A program made the position numbers and the translations under genes. Shown here piece after piece: positions 37,217 through 46,405 of a DNA stretch of 64,000 bases. Below the pieces are notes generated by a model. That model was not told the DNA's origin, did no database searches, and saw nothing but the letters and a program-made list of their open reading frames with translations. Source of the DNA: Bdellovibrionales bacterium (GTDB taxonomy: Bacteria > Pseudomonadota > Alphaproteobacteria > UBA9219); NCBI GenBank assembly GCA_041649025.1, contig JBAZNY010000004.1:26705-90704 (forward strand), in the 5' to 3' direction. Numbering within the stretch: position 1 is the first letter of the stretch; every line of letters starts with the position of its first letter.

Positions 37217-38304
37217 CCTTCTTCCATATGAAGCAGCGCCGCATTACCAAGCGCAAAGGCAACAACAGGGATTGCCCATGCCGCCAACACAACGGGCAAA
37301 GTCTGGTTTATCCCCAACGCGCCAACAACATTGTTCAGCGTATAAACGAAGCTGCCCAGCAGAACACCCGCAAGTATCATGATTGTGACACCACCCCGCC
37401 TATTCATGCGCAGAGCAAAGGCCGCCGCGAAAAAAACCATCGAACATAACGACAAGGGTTGGGCTAAAATGCTCTGAAAGGCGAGCTGATGTCGCGTCTG
37501 GGGCAAGCCAATGGTTTTAAGAGCGCGAATAAAACGGGGAAGTTCCCAGAATGATATTGTATTGGGCGCGGCCATGCTTTCTTGAATTTTACCGAGCGTC
37601 AGCGTTGTTGGTAGCGTCCAGTTATCGACGTGCTGCGTCGCAGTTTGATCCATATTGACCCACGCATCCCGAACATCCCAAACGCCCTCCTGCAAAACGG
37701 CCTGCGCGGCGTCTATACGACCAAGATATTTTTCGTTATTATCATAAATAAAAACAATAACCGGAGACAACGTCAGAGGAGACATCTCGACACGATCGGC
37801 ATGAAGGAGATATCGATTGGCATCGTCGCGTTGGCGAAGCCACAATCCCGCGCCAGTCAATTCAAGGGTTGGCGTGCGTTCAAGATAACGCCCTTCAAGA
37901 GCTTTGTATCTTGCGTTCATGTTCGCCCCGATTGGGTTAATGATAGCGATGTTCAAAAGAGCGAATACCAACGTTATCAACAGGGCGGGACGAACAAACT
38001 GCCACGCCGAAATGCCGACCGATCGAGCAACGATCAATTCCTGACTGCGCGTTAGCCTCCAAAAAGTGAATAGTCCGGAAAATAATACAACGAACGCTAA
38101 AATGCGTTCGATCGTTTCCGGCAATTTATAGATGCCCATTTTCAGGATTAAATTAAACCCAACGCCCTGATGCGTACTGGCACGGCGCATCAGTTCGGCG
38201 ATTTCAAACAAAAAGACAATGCCGGACAAGGCTCCCAGAAATACGAGAAACCACAGAAGATACTGCCTTCCTAAATAGCGTTGCAAAACCCATCTCTCCG
38301 TCAT
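37213..38304 (-). CDS. lptG: LPS export ABC transporter permease LptG
   Basis: 363 aa YjgP/YjgQ family; second gene of the lptFG pair with ATGA overlap. Confidence 0.85.
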   Translation of the reverse strand: MTERWVLQRYLGRQYLLWFLVFLGALSGIVFLFEIAELMRRASTHQGVGFNLILKMGIYKLPETIERILAFVVLFSGLFTFWRLTRSQELIVARSVGISAWQFVRPALLITLVFALLNIAIINPIGANMNARYKALEGRYLERTPTLELTGAGLWLRQRDDANRYLLHADRVEMSPLTLSPVIVFIYDNNEKYLGRIDAAQAVLQEGVWDVRDAWVNMDQTATQHVDNWTLPTTLTLGKIQESMAAPNTISFWELPRFIRALKTIGLPQTRHQLAFQSILAQPLSLCSMVFFAAAFALRMNRRGGVTIMILAGVLLGSFVYTLNNVVGALGINQTLPVVLAAWAIPVVAFALGNAALLHMEEG

Positions 38305-39431
38305 GGGAGCACTCCTCGCATAAAACGGGACAAAAAGCGCAGCCGCAGAGAATCAGCAAACATAAACGCTAAGCCGATGGGGATCGGCAGTATGGCTACA
38401 GCATAAAGAACATAGGCTAAGCGACTATCCCTCGCGATAATGCCGCTCAGCGTCATAAACACCGCTTGCGTCACAATAATTCCCACAGCGCCGATAAGGA
38501 TACGCCCCGTCATACCTCGCCTGTTAAAAGCGCCCGACAGAATAGCCGCAAAAGCAATGAAGGCGTAAGAGAATGACAAAAACGGCGTCGCAAGCCGCGC
38601 ATGCAGCTCAGCCTGAAAGCGCGACAACGGCCCGCGCGCGTGTATCAACTCCGCTGATGGATTCAATAATTCCCCCACAGTCAACTCTCGCGGATCCGGA
38701 AAACGACCGGACACCGAGTTACGCAACGCATTAAGATCCAGCACATACTGGTCAAAAAGAAGTTCGGATAATTTGCCTGTCGTGCGATCAAATTCCTGGC
38801 GCCGTCCATTAAAAATAATCATCCGCGCTTGGCCGTCGGTTTCAACAACTTGCCCCGTCGCCGCCATGGTTGTTACCGTTCTATCCGGTCGCCTTACATC
38901 TTGAATTAAAATGCCTTGCAGAGAGTTGTTCTGACCGCGTTTGTTGGCAAAAAAAGTCAGCCCCTCGGATAAATCGTTGAAGCTTCCGGGATGCGACAGA
39001 AAAACCGCGTAACTATCGCGCATCTTGTATTGCTGGGAAACCAAACTGCGATTAGCCGCAGGCGCGACCCATAGCGTCAAAATCGCGCATATAACGGTGA
39101 CTCCCGCCGCTAGAATCAGCGCCGGCTTAATAAGATTCAAGGGGCTTATGCCCGCCGAGCGCATGATGATCAGCTCGCTATCCGAAGCAAGTTTGTTATA
39201 AATAAAGACGATGGCAGTCCCAAGCCCAAGCGGCATAATAAGGGGCAGAAAAGTCAACGCCGAAAGCCCCAAAAGTTTAAAGAAAATCAGCATCGTGGAA
39301 GAATTTTCGATAACGAATGACAAAAGACGGAAAGATTGGGTAAACAAAACGACAAAAATTACGGCTCCCGTGGCAAAGACAAAGGCCGTTGCTAATTGGC
39401 GAAAAAGGTAAGCCGTAAGGATTCTATTCAT
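38301..39431 (-). CDS. lptF: LPS export ABC transporter permease LptF
   Basis: 376 aa YjgP/YjgQ family; divergent from pepA as in the classic pepA/lptFG arrangement. Confidence 0.85.
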   Translation of the reverse strand: MNRILTAYLFRQLATAFVFATGAVIFVVLFTQSFRLLSFVIENSSTMLIFFKLLGLSALTFLPLIMPLGLGTAIVFIYNKLASDSELIIMRSAGISPLNLIKPALILAAGVTVICAILTLWVAPAANRSLVSQQYKMRDSYAVFLSHPGSFNDLSEGLTFFANKRGQNNSLQGILIQDVRRPDRTVTTMAATGQVVETDGQARMIIFNGRRQEFDRTTGKLSELLFDQYVLDLNALRNSVSGRFPDPRELTVGELLNPSAELIHARGPLSRFQAELHARLATPFLSFSYAFIAFAAILSGAFNRRGMTGRILIGAVGIIVTQAVFMTLSGIIARDSRLAYVLYAVAILPIPIGLAFMFADSLRLRFLSRFMRGVLP

Positions 39432-39500
39432 GAGATAACATATAGCAATAATTGGACAAATACTCTAGGGTCTGGATTCTTTAAAATAGAGGAAAACATC

Positions 39501-41009
39501 ATGCTAAAAATTGCTTTTTCGTCCGACTCCCTTCCAAACCAGAATGCGCTGGTTTTAACGGTCGCGGCCAAGGGAAAACTGGGCGAACAAGGGGCAAGAT
39601 TCGATAAAAAACTTGGTGGCGCGATTTCCCGCGCGATAAAGGTTGGCTCTTTTTCCGGAGAAAAAGAAAAAACCCTTACCCTTCTTACTCCCGCCAAAAC
39701 GCGTTTGACGCGATTGGTTCTTGTCGGAATCGGCGATCCGGCTTCGGCGGACGCCATTCTTTTTGCCCGCGTCGGCGCGGCGGCAATAAAGGCTCTTACC
39801 GGCAAAGAATCTCAGGCTGTTTTGCTGATTGATCACTTTAAAGGTCTTGGGCTTAAGGAAAGCGAAGCAGCGGCTCAGGCGGCTTTGGGCGCAAGATTGC
39901 GTTCTTATCGTTTTGACAAATACCACACCAAGCAAAAACCGGATGAAAAACAAACGTTAAAAACCTTGATTGTTGCGTGCAAAAAAGCGGCGGACGCTAA
40001 AACGCTTTATGCGCCTCTTGATAAAGTTGCGGATGGCGTTTTCACGGCTCGCGATCTTGTCAGCGAACCGGGCAATGTTATTTATCCAGAAACATTGGCG
40101 CAACATGCGTTTGCCCTAAAAGAACTTGGCGTTAAGGTCGATATTCTCGACGAAATCCAGATGAAAAAGCTCGGCATGGGCGCGTTGCTCGGCGTGGCTC
40201 AAGGTAGCGTTAACCCGCCGCGCCTTGTGACGATGCAATGGATCGGCGAAGCAAAAGCAAAGACCAAGGCTCCGATATGTTTTGTCGGTAAAGGCGTTAC
40301 GTTCGACTCCGGAGGCATTACTCTCAAGCCGGGAGCCGGTATGGAAGACTCAAAATACGACATGTCAGGCGCGGCAGCCGTCATCGGCACCATGAAAGCA
40401 TTGGCCGGGCGCAAAGCTAAAGTGAACGTCGTCGGTATTATTGGCCTTGTTGAAAACATGCTTTCAGGAAGCGCCCAAAGGCCGGGGGACATTGTCACTT
40501 CTGCATCAAAACAAACTGTCGAGGTTATCAATACCGACGCAGAAGGTCGTTTGGTTCTTGCCGATGTTTTGTGGTACGCGCAGGAGAAATTCAGTCCACG
40601 CTGCATTGTTGATTTGGCGACACTGACCGGCGCCATGATTATTTCGTTGGGGCGCGAATATGCCGGCCTTTTCAGCAACGACGACAAACTTTCCGAACAA
40701 CTGATAAAAGCGGGCAAGAGCGTCGAAGAAGCGTTGTGGCGTTTTCCGATGAATGAAGCCTTCGAAAAGATGATCGATAGTCAAATCGCCGATATGCGTA
40801 ATTCCACAAACTCGCGCGAAGCCGGAAGCATTACCGCCGCGCATTTTATACAGCGTTTTATCAAGAAGGGTACCCCATGGGCGCATCTTGATATTGCGGG
40901 AGTTTCCTTATTACAAGAAAAGGGCAAACCCTTATCCGCCAAGGGCGCGACGGCATTCGGCGTACGTCTTCTGGATCGGTTTGTCGCAGAAAATTTTGAA
41001 GAAAAATGA
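39501..41009 (+). CDS. pepA: Leucyl aminopeptidase (M17)
   Basis: NTDAEGRL motif and M17 catalytic domain; AGAGGA SD before ATG 39501; the ORF-track upstream extension is rejected. Confidence 0.92.
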   Translation: MLKIAFSSDSLPNQNALVLTVAAKGKLGEQGARFDKKLGGAISRAIKVGSFSGEKEKTLTLLTPAKTRLTRLVLVGIGDPASADAILFARVGAAAIKALTGKESQAVLLIDHFKGLGLKESEAAAQAALGARLRSYRFDKYHTKQKPDEKQTLKTLIVACKKAADAKTLYAPLDKVADGVFTARDLVSEPGNVIYPETLAQHAFALKELGVKVDILDEIQMKKLGMGALLGVAQGSVNPPRLVTMQWIGEAKAKTKAPICFVGKGVTFDSGGITLKPGAGMEDSKYDMSGAAAVIGTMKALAGRKAKVNVVGIIGLVENMLSGSAQRPGDIVTSASKQTVEVINTDAEGRLVLADVLWYAQEKFSPRCIVDLATLTGAMIISLGREYAGLFSNDDKLSEQLIKAGKSVEEALWRFPMNEAFEKMIDSQIADMRNSTNSREAGSITAAHFIQRFIKKGTPWAHLDIAGVSLLQEKGKPLSAKGATAFGVRLLDRFVAENFEEK

Positions 41010-41461
41010 CCGAAATTCGCTTTTATCATCTGACGCGAAAAACACTCGAACAAGCTCTGCCGGAGTTGCTTGAGAAAACATTGGCGCGCGAAGTCAAAGC
41101 TGTTGTTATGACAGGTTCCCCCGAGCGTGCCGAAGCCTTAACGCAACTTTTATGGACATACAACCCCGATCGTTTTCTTCCCCACGGCAATGCCAAAGAC
41201 GGCAACGCAGAGATGCAACCCGTGTGGTTGACGCCTGACGATGAGAGTCCAAACAATGCCGACTATTTGTTTTTAACTGACGGCGCTACAAGCACACGCC
41301 TTAAAGAGTATGTTCGCGTCTGCGATATCTTCGACGGCGGCGATCCGGAAGCCCTCGCCGCCGCACGTCGCCGTTGGGCTGAGGATAAGAAAATGGGGCA
41401 TCAGCTTTCCTATTGGCAACAAACCGATAAAGGATGGATCGACGCCACCCCCAAGGAATAA
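41006..41461 (+). CDS. holC: DNA polymerase III chi subunit
   Basis: 151 aa, MTEIRFYHL... chi-subunit N-terminus; ATGA overlap with pepA. Confidence 0.85.
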   Translation: MTEIRFYHLTRKTLEQALPELLEKTLAREVKAVVMTGSPERAEALTQLLWTYNPDRFLPHGNAKDGNAEMQPVWLTPDDESPNNADYLFLTDGATSTRLKEYVRVCDIFDGGDPEALAAARRRWAEDKKMGHQLSYWQQTDKGWIDATPKE

Positions 41462-41493
41462 GGGGTCGTTTTTTCATTATTATTGAAATTACA

Positions 41494-42810
41494 ATGTCCG
41501 ACACTTCGCAAGCCATTATTGAACGTTTTCGCGCCGCTTACGGTAAAGATATCGATTTATCTTTGCGTCCCGCCTACCGCGATCTTTTGGAAAAATTCGG
41601 CAATCCTCAAGACCGCCTGCCTCCCGTTTTTCACGTCGCAGGCACAAACGGCAAGGGGTCAACCTGCGCCTTCCTGCGCGCGATGTTGGAATCGGCAGGA
41701 TACAAAACTCACGTCTACACGTCGCCGCACCTTGTCACTTTTCACGAACGCATCCGCCTTGCAGGACAATTGATCTCCGAAGAAGAACTTGTGGAACTTC
41801 TGACACAAGCCGAAAAGCTAGCGGCTCCGGGCAGCGTCAGTTATTTTGAGGCATGGACTGCCGTCGCCTTTGCCGCTTTTGCGCGGCATTCTGCCGACTT
41901 TACAATTCTCGAAACAGGGCTCGGCGGCAGATTGGATGCGACGAACGTCGTTGAAAACCCTTTAGCGACAATCATCACACGCCTGTCTTACGATCATCGC
42001 GAATATCTGGGCGACACAATGGATCAAATCGCGCGGGAGAAAGCCGGCATCATGCGCGCATCCGTGCCTTGCTTTTCAGCGCACCAACCGGACGCTTTAG
42101 CCTTGCGAACTTTGCTCGAAGAGGCCGCGAAACTTGGCGTCCCTCTTTCCGTCGGGGGCAAAGATTGGAAGGTTGAGGAACGACATGAGGGCTTATTCTA
42201 TGCCGACGCCGTGCACACCTATGACTTGCCCAAGCCTGCATTGCTTGGACAACATCAGTATCAAAACGCCGGTTTGGCAATTGCGGCTTTATCGGTATTG
42301 CCCGATCCCCTGCCTTTTCAAGCTCTCGCACAAGGCCTGCGTAAGGTTGAATGGCAAGCACGATTGCAACGCCTGACTACAGGCTCCTTGGTTTCCCTTG
42401 CCCCGCCAGGCGCCGAAGTCTGGCTTGACGGCGGACACAACGATTCAGCCGGCGAAGTTCTGGCAGAACAAATCGAACGTTGGCAAAAAGAAGATGGAGA
42501 AAGGCCAAAACCGCTTTACGTCGTTCTTGGCATGCTGACAACAAAAGTCCCGACAGAATTTTTATCCCCATTCGCTAAAAACATCGTTCAGTTGCGAACG
42601 GTTCCGCTTTCTCATGAAACTTTGGGATACGCGGCAAAGGCTCTGGCCCTTGAGGCGCGTAAAACGGGCCTTCTTTGCGTGGAAGCAGCGGAAAGCCCAG
42701 GTGACGCCTTCCGTAATCTGGCCAAACTAAAAACCGCTACGCCGCCACGTATTCTAATTTGCGGGTCTTTGTATCTTGCGGGGGCTGTTCTTGCCCAACT
42801 AGCGGGATAG
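41494..42810 (+). CDS. folC: Bifunctional folylpolyglutamate synthase/dihydrofolate synthase
   Basis: P-loop HVAGTNGKGST, Mur-ligase family domains. Confidence 0.9.
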   Translation: MSDTSQAIIERFRAAYGKDIDLSLRPAYRDLLEKFGNPQDRLPPVFHVAGTNGKGSTCAFLRAMLESAGYKTHVYTSPHLVTFHERIRLAGQLISEEELVELLTQAEKLAAPGSVSYFEAWTAVAFAAFARHSADFTILETGLGGRLDATNVVENPLATIITRLSYDHREYLGDTMDQIAREKAGIMRASVPCFSAHQPDALALRTLLEEAAKLGVPLSVGGKDWKVEERHEGLFYADAVHTYDLPKPALLGQHQYQNAGLAIAALSVLPDPLPFQALAQGLRKVEWQARLQRLTTGSLVSLAPPGAEVWLDGGHNDSAGEVLAEQIERWQKEDGERPKPLYVVLGMLTTKVPTEFLSPFAKNIVQLRTVPLSHETLGYAAKALALEARKTGLLCVEAAESPGDAFRNLAKLKTATPPRILICGSLYLAGAVLAQLAG

Positions 42811-43027
42811 GCATGCTCTGCACAATGGTGCTTTCATCCTTCTTGTCTGCTTTTTCTTGTTCAGGAACAGGAGTTGCTTTTTCATCAAGAATCAGAAGCA
42901 AGACATCCCGCGCTTTAACAACCTTTTCGTAGGGCTCAACCAATCCGTTTTTGTGCAGTTTGACAGCTATGTCGGCTAGTTCGTAAGCAATACTTTCTTC
43001 CATGCTTAGTCCGTATACTAGGTCCAT
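42737..43027 (-). CDS. Small hypothetical protein (96 aa), 3' end antisense-overlaps the folC 3' end by 74 nt
   Basis: Helical-looking ORF; the overlap makes it uncertain. Confidence 0.25.
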   Translation of the reverse strand: MDLVYGLSMEESIAYELADIAVKLHKNGLVEPYEKVVKARDVLLLILDEKATPVPEQEKADKKDESTIVQSMPIPLVGQEQPPQDTKTRKLEYVAA

Positions 43028-43400
43028 GGCGTTTCTCCTGAGACCAGACCGCGTTGACCGGTCGTGCGCATCTTACAATTAATTACGAACATGATTAAGC
43101 CGGATATTCGCCTTTTGCGTTCACAGAACATCTTTCATGCATAGAAATGCAAGCCTTTGCCTACAACCATAGGCAGTGTTTCCCAAAACACCCCTTGCAC
43201 AGCAATTGGCTTGTCGGACAACCAAATGAAATGACAAGAATTTTTCTTTTTATAAGCAGAGTCATTCTGACTACGTTCAGGGCTATATCTTGAGCTCACA
43301 GATTTTGCGCTAAAATTGAATCTTTCATGCACCGAGATGCAATCCATGCTAGGGTGCGCCGGACTCGTTTGGTTGAAGCTAGAATCAGAGTGAGCGTTTT

Positions 43401-44378
43401 ATGCCTGTTCCAAAAATTTCTTTTTCAACAACAGGTCTTCCCCATGATAAAATTGCCCCCCTTTGGTCCCGCGTGCTTGATCACGTCAAAGTCGGGGGAC
43501 AGGCTGCGCCAGAGCGCGAAAACGATATTTTCGGATCCGTCGATGGTTGTATTTTTGGAACGACGCCTCTAAATTTTTGGATCGTAGACGGTATACAATA
43601 CAACAGGACGCGCCAAGACTGCGCAAGAAATCCCAACACCGATTACAGTTTTTTCTACATCCGCAGCGGCAGCGCAGAGATTCGTCAGCGCAACCGAATA
43701 ACCAAGGTTCATTCAGGAGATTGTCTGTTCGTAGATTTGGCGGAGCCTTGTTTTCTAACCAGCACCTCTCTTCTTCGTTTTACATCGCTGCATATTGCGT
43801 CCGAATTGATCAAAAGCTTGATTCCGTCGCCCCAGAATATGACGGCGACCGTTCTTCCCAAACAATCGGCTTGGGTGTCGGCGTTGACGGCAACTATGCA
43901 CGCCCTTACGCCCGAGGTCGTTAAACTGCCTTTCTATACGCAGAAGGATCTCTTTGCACACATCTGCTGTTTGCTCTCGCTTTCCGTCCAACGGGATGAA
44001 CCTATCATTAAAAACGATAAAGCCCTGATGCTTAATCTTTTTCGTCAATCTATTCATGAACGTTTTTATAAATCGGGGCTTTCCCCTCGGGATGTAGCAG
44101 AAGAACACAAGGTTTCAACGCGAACGCTTCACTCTGTCTTTGCAAACACCAAGAGCAGCTTTGGGCGCGAGTTATTATCCATACGCATGAATCGGGCTTG
44201 TCATATTTTAAGAGATCCCCGATTTGACAATAAAACCATTGCCGAAGTCGGATTTTTGGTCGGATTTCCAAACCCCAGCCATTTTACGACGCGTTTTACC
44301 AAGGCCCACGGCGTAACGCCCTCGGCTTATCGCGCTCAGCAGCAAACAAATTATCGAAAAGACTATATTGTTAAGTGA
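43401..44378 (+). CDS. AraC-family transcriptional regulator
   Basis: C-terminal AraC HTH (KTIAEVGFLVGFPNPSHFTTRFTKAHGVTPSAYR). Confidence 0.88.
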   Translation: MPVPKISFSTTGLPHDKIAPLWSRVLDHVKVGGQAAPERENDIFGSVDGCIFGTTPLNFWIVDGIQYNRTRQDCARNPNTDYSFFYIRSGSAEIRQRNRITKVHSGDCLFVDLAEPCFLTSTSLLRFTSLHIASELIKSLIPSPQNMTATVLPKQSAWVSALTATMHALTPEVVKLPFYTQKDLFAHICCLLSLSVQRDEPIIKNDKALMLNLFRQSIHERFYKSGLSPRDVAEEHKVSTRTLHSVFANTKSSFGRELLSIRMNRACHILRDPRFDNKTIAEVGFLVGFPNPSHFTTRFTKAHGVTPSAYRAQQQTNYRKDYIVK

Positions 44379-44412
44379 TGACAAACGCGCCCGACTCTGT
44401 TTAAGTGCGCCC

Positions 44413-44497
44413 GTAACTAACCCGGGGTGCCCCCTTGACTGGGGGCTGAGATTATACCCGTAGAACCTGATCTGGGTCATGCCAGCGAAGGGAGAGG
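44413..44497 (+). ncRNA. TPP riboswitch (THI-box)
   Basis: ACUAACCCGGGGUGCCC..GGCUGAGAUUAUACCCGUAGAACCUGAUCUGGGUCAUGCCAGCGAAGGGAGAGG matches the conserved GGGGUGCC, CUGAGA, ACCUGAUCUGG(A/G)U(A/C)AUGCCAGCG and AGGGA blocks; the SD GGGAGAGG sits in the 3' pairing region. Confidence 0.9.
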
Positions 44498-44499
44498 TC

Positions 44500-45525
44500 A
44501 TGAGCGGCGATGCGCGCCTGTGTTCGCGTACAAATTCTACATCTTTTTGCCGAAGTTTCTTCGATTCCCCGCAACCTGCGGGGCGCAAAATTACGGCGGG
44601 ATTTACGTACCTGCAGCGCATCGGAAAAGCGGCGACTTATGACGTCTGGTTTCCGGAAGATTTGCGGCAAGAGCTTGATGCGCGATTGGCTCGCGGACAG
44701 CAAATCGGCGCGGAACATTTTGCCTCGCAATGGGCGGCAGTGCGCCAATTCGAGCTGTTGCATGAGTCCGGCAATCATAAAATTTACGATCTCGATCCCG
44801 AGTTGTTACAACGGGCGATGCTGGATCTCTCTCGCAGCATGCGCGCGGGAGGATACCGCATTACAGTAGCCACATTGGGCCGTTATGAAGAAACGAGTTC
44901 CGGCGATGAGCTTGAAATTCTTGACCATCATTTGCAGGAAGGCATCGCGCAGATGATTCATATGCTTTACCTCGAGGAAGAGAGCGCGAAGGCGAACGCC
45001 GAAAATGACGCGCACCTCTATACCAGCCAGTGGGATTATTGTCAGGACTTGCCGCACATAGGGATGGTTTTAGGAGCCGGAGACGTATTCCAAAGGTATT
45101 CTGACAACACGGAAGAATACATTCTGCCTAAGCGCAGGAAAAAAGGCGAAAAAAAAGGCGGCACAGGCACAATCTCGCCTGCCGCCAAACGGCATAAACT
45201 GGCGCGGCAGTTTTTCGATATTCTCAATAAGCTGCCCCAAAACCATATCGTTCACGACACAGCCGTGGGTTTGCAATTGCCGGAATTGAACGGCGAAAAC
45301 CAATGGAACTATATTGCCGATTCCGAAGAGACGCTGCTTTCTTTCAATCGTGTGCTGAGCAACATATTCGACAAATTCGACGGCGTTAATTTGGCGCGCC
45401 TGAACGGGGATGAAAACGCACGCGATGAAATTAAGGCATCCACCCTTCATATGCGCGGATATGGAGACCGCATGAACGAAAGCAGCGAAGGATTTTATCG
45501 CCGCGCGTCGTTGGCGTTAAACTGA
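44500..45525 (+). CDS. Uncharacterised 341-aa soluble protein under TPP-riboswitch control
   Basis: ATG at 44500 is 2 nt after the SD GGGAGAGG. The upstream ATG at 44479 lies inside the riboswitch conserved block, so it is rejected as the start. Lys-rich linker PKRRKKGEKKGGTG; no recognisable Thi-enzyme motif. Confidence 0.6.
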   Translation: MSGDARLCSRTNSTSFCRSFFDSPQPAGRKITAGFTYLQRIGKAATYDVWFPEDLRQELDARLARGQQIGAEHFASQWAAVRQFELLHESGNHKIYDLDPELLQRAMLDLSRSMRAGGYRITVATLGRYEETSSGDELEILDHHLQEGIAQMIHMLYLEEESAKANAENDAHLYTSQWDYCQDLPHIGMVLGAGDVFQRYSDNTEEYILPKRRKKGEKKGGTGTISPAAKRHKLARQFFDILNKLPQNHIVHDTAVGLQLPELNGENQWNYIADSEETLLSFNRVLSNIFDKFDGVNLARLNGDENARDEIKASTLHMRGYGDRMNESSEGFYRRASLALN

Positions 45526-45550
45526 TCGCTCTTTTTCGACCATCCAAAAA

Positions 45551-45656
45551 AAGAAAATGGGATGCCCGCCTGCGCGGGCATGACGGTAGTTATTGTTGAA
45601 CCTTTTTCCAAAATACGCCGTCACACCCGCGAAGGCGGGTGTCCCATTTGGTTTTT
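45551..45656 (+). repeat. Inverted pair of REP-like hairpin repeats (copy C 45551-45588 forward; copy D 45626-45656 reverse)
   Basis: C: AAAAAGAAAATGGGATGCCCGCCTGCGCGGGCATGACGG. D on the reverse strand: AAATGGGACACCCGCCTTCGCGGGTGT. In both, the stems differ from copy A by paired compensatory substitutions. Confidence 0.7.
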
Positions 45657-45673
45657 CGCGGGTATGTAAAGGG

Positions 45674-46288
45674 TTATGTTTTAGTTGTTTTTGTCATCGC
45701 CTGCGCGGCCTCTTTAAGCCCGACAGCCAAATCTTCATTGTCGCGGAAGGTATACGCGCCATAGCTGATGGTAATATTCAGCTCGCAGTCATGGACTTTT
45801 GCCAGAGCTTGCTGAAGGCTGGCAGAGAGCGTTTCGGCCTTGCGCCACGCAAAGGTATTATCGCATCGCATCAACAATACGCCAAACTCATCCGGAGCAA
45901 GACGCCCTGTGATGTCCGATGTGCGTACGCCGCGCGTCAAAACGTTTGCAATCTCCCGCAAGGCGGCATTTGAAACGGCGCGGCCAAAACGCTGGGTCAC
46001 TTCGTCGATGCCTTCGAAATCAAAATACAAAATGCTCGACATGCCACCATAGCGCTCATCAAACGCCAACATGCGGGCAACTTCGCGGTTGAAGTCGATG
46101 CGATTGAGGACGGTGGACTCTTTCTCGCCATCCTGTTTTTCATATAGCCGGAGTTTTTCCAGAAGCTCCTGATTTTTGGCTTGCGTCGAAGCCAGTTCGC
46201 CGCGCAGCAGATTCCATACGCGCCGCTGATCGCCGGTCAACGCCGCATCGGCCAATGGGTCGACCGAAAAATCAAAGGATTCTGCCAT
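45674..46288 (-). CDS. Stand-alone degenerate GGDEF-domain protein (RLAPDEF in place of GGDEF) with N-terminal coiled coil
   Basis: Block FDERYGGMSSILYFDFEGIDEVTQRFGRAVSNAALREIANVL..TGRLAPDEFGVLL aligns to the GGDEF domain core with the active-site GG replaced. Confidence 0.6.
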   Translation of the reverse strand: MAESFDFSVDPLADAALTGDQRRVWNLLRGELASTQAKNQELLEKLRLYEKQDGEKESTVLNRIDFNREVARMLAFDERYGGMSSILYFDFEGIDEVTQRFGRAVSNAALREIANVLTRGVRTSDITGRLAPDEFGVLLMRCDNTFAWRKAETLSASLQQALAKVHDCELNITISYGAYTFRDNEDLAVGLKEAAQAMTKTTKT

Positions 46289-46405
46289 TTAGGTATCCCC
46301 GAAAGTCGCCGGAAAAACACTTCTTCGGAACCGTAATAGGTATATCATTTTAATGAAAAACAGGTTAAGAAATGGGCGTCTTTTTTCAAATAGGAATGCG
46401 CAATT

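Noticed and set aside
39396-39500. Upstream extensions of pepA (39396), addA (31577), folC (41434), yidC (55079), znuB (50157), znuC (50854), amgK-like (27023) and flgE (14489)
   Set aside because: Internal ATGs with good SD sequences give N-termini matching the known families. The extensions overlap neighbouring genes or run into promoter regions.
44479-44499. ORF-track start codon for the riboswitch-controlled gene at 44479
   Set aside because: This ATG is the AUG of the conserved riboswitch block AUGCCAGCG and precedes the SD. The ATG at 44500 is used.
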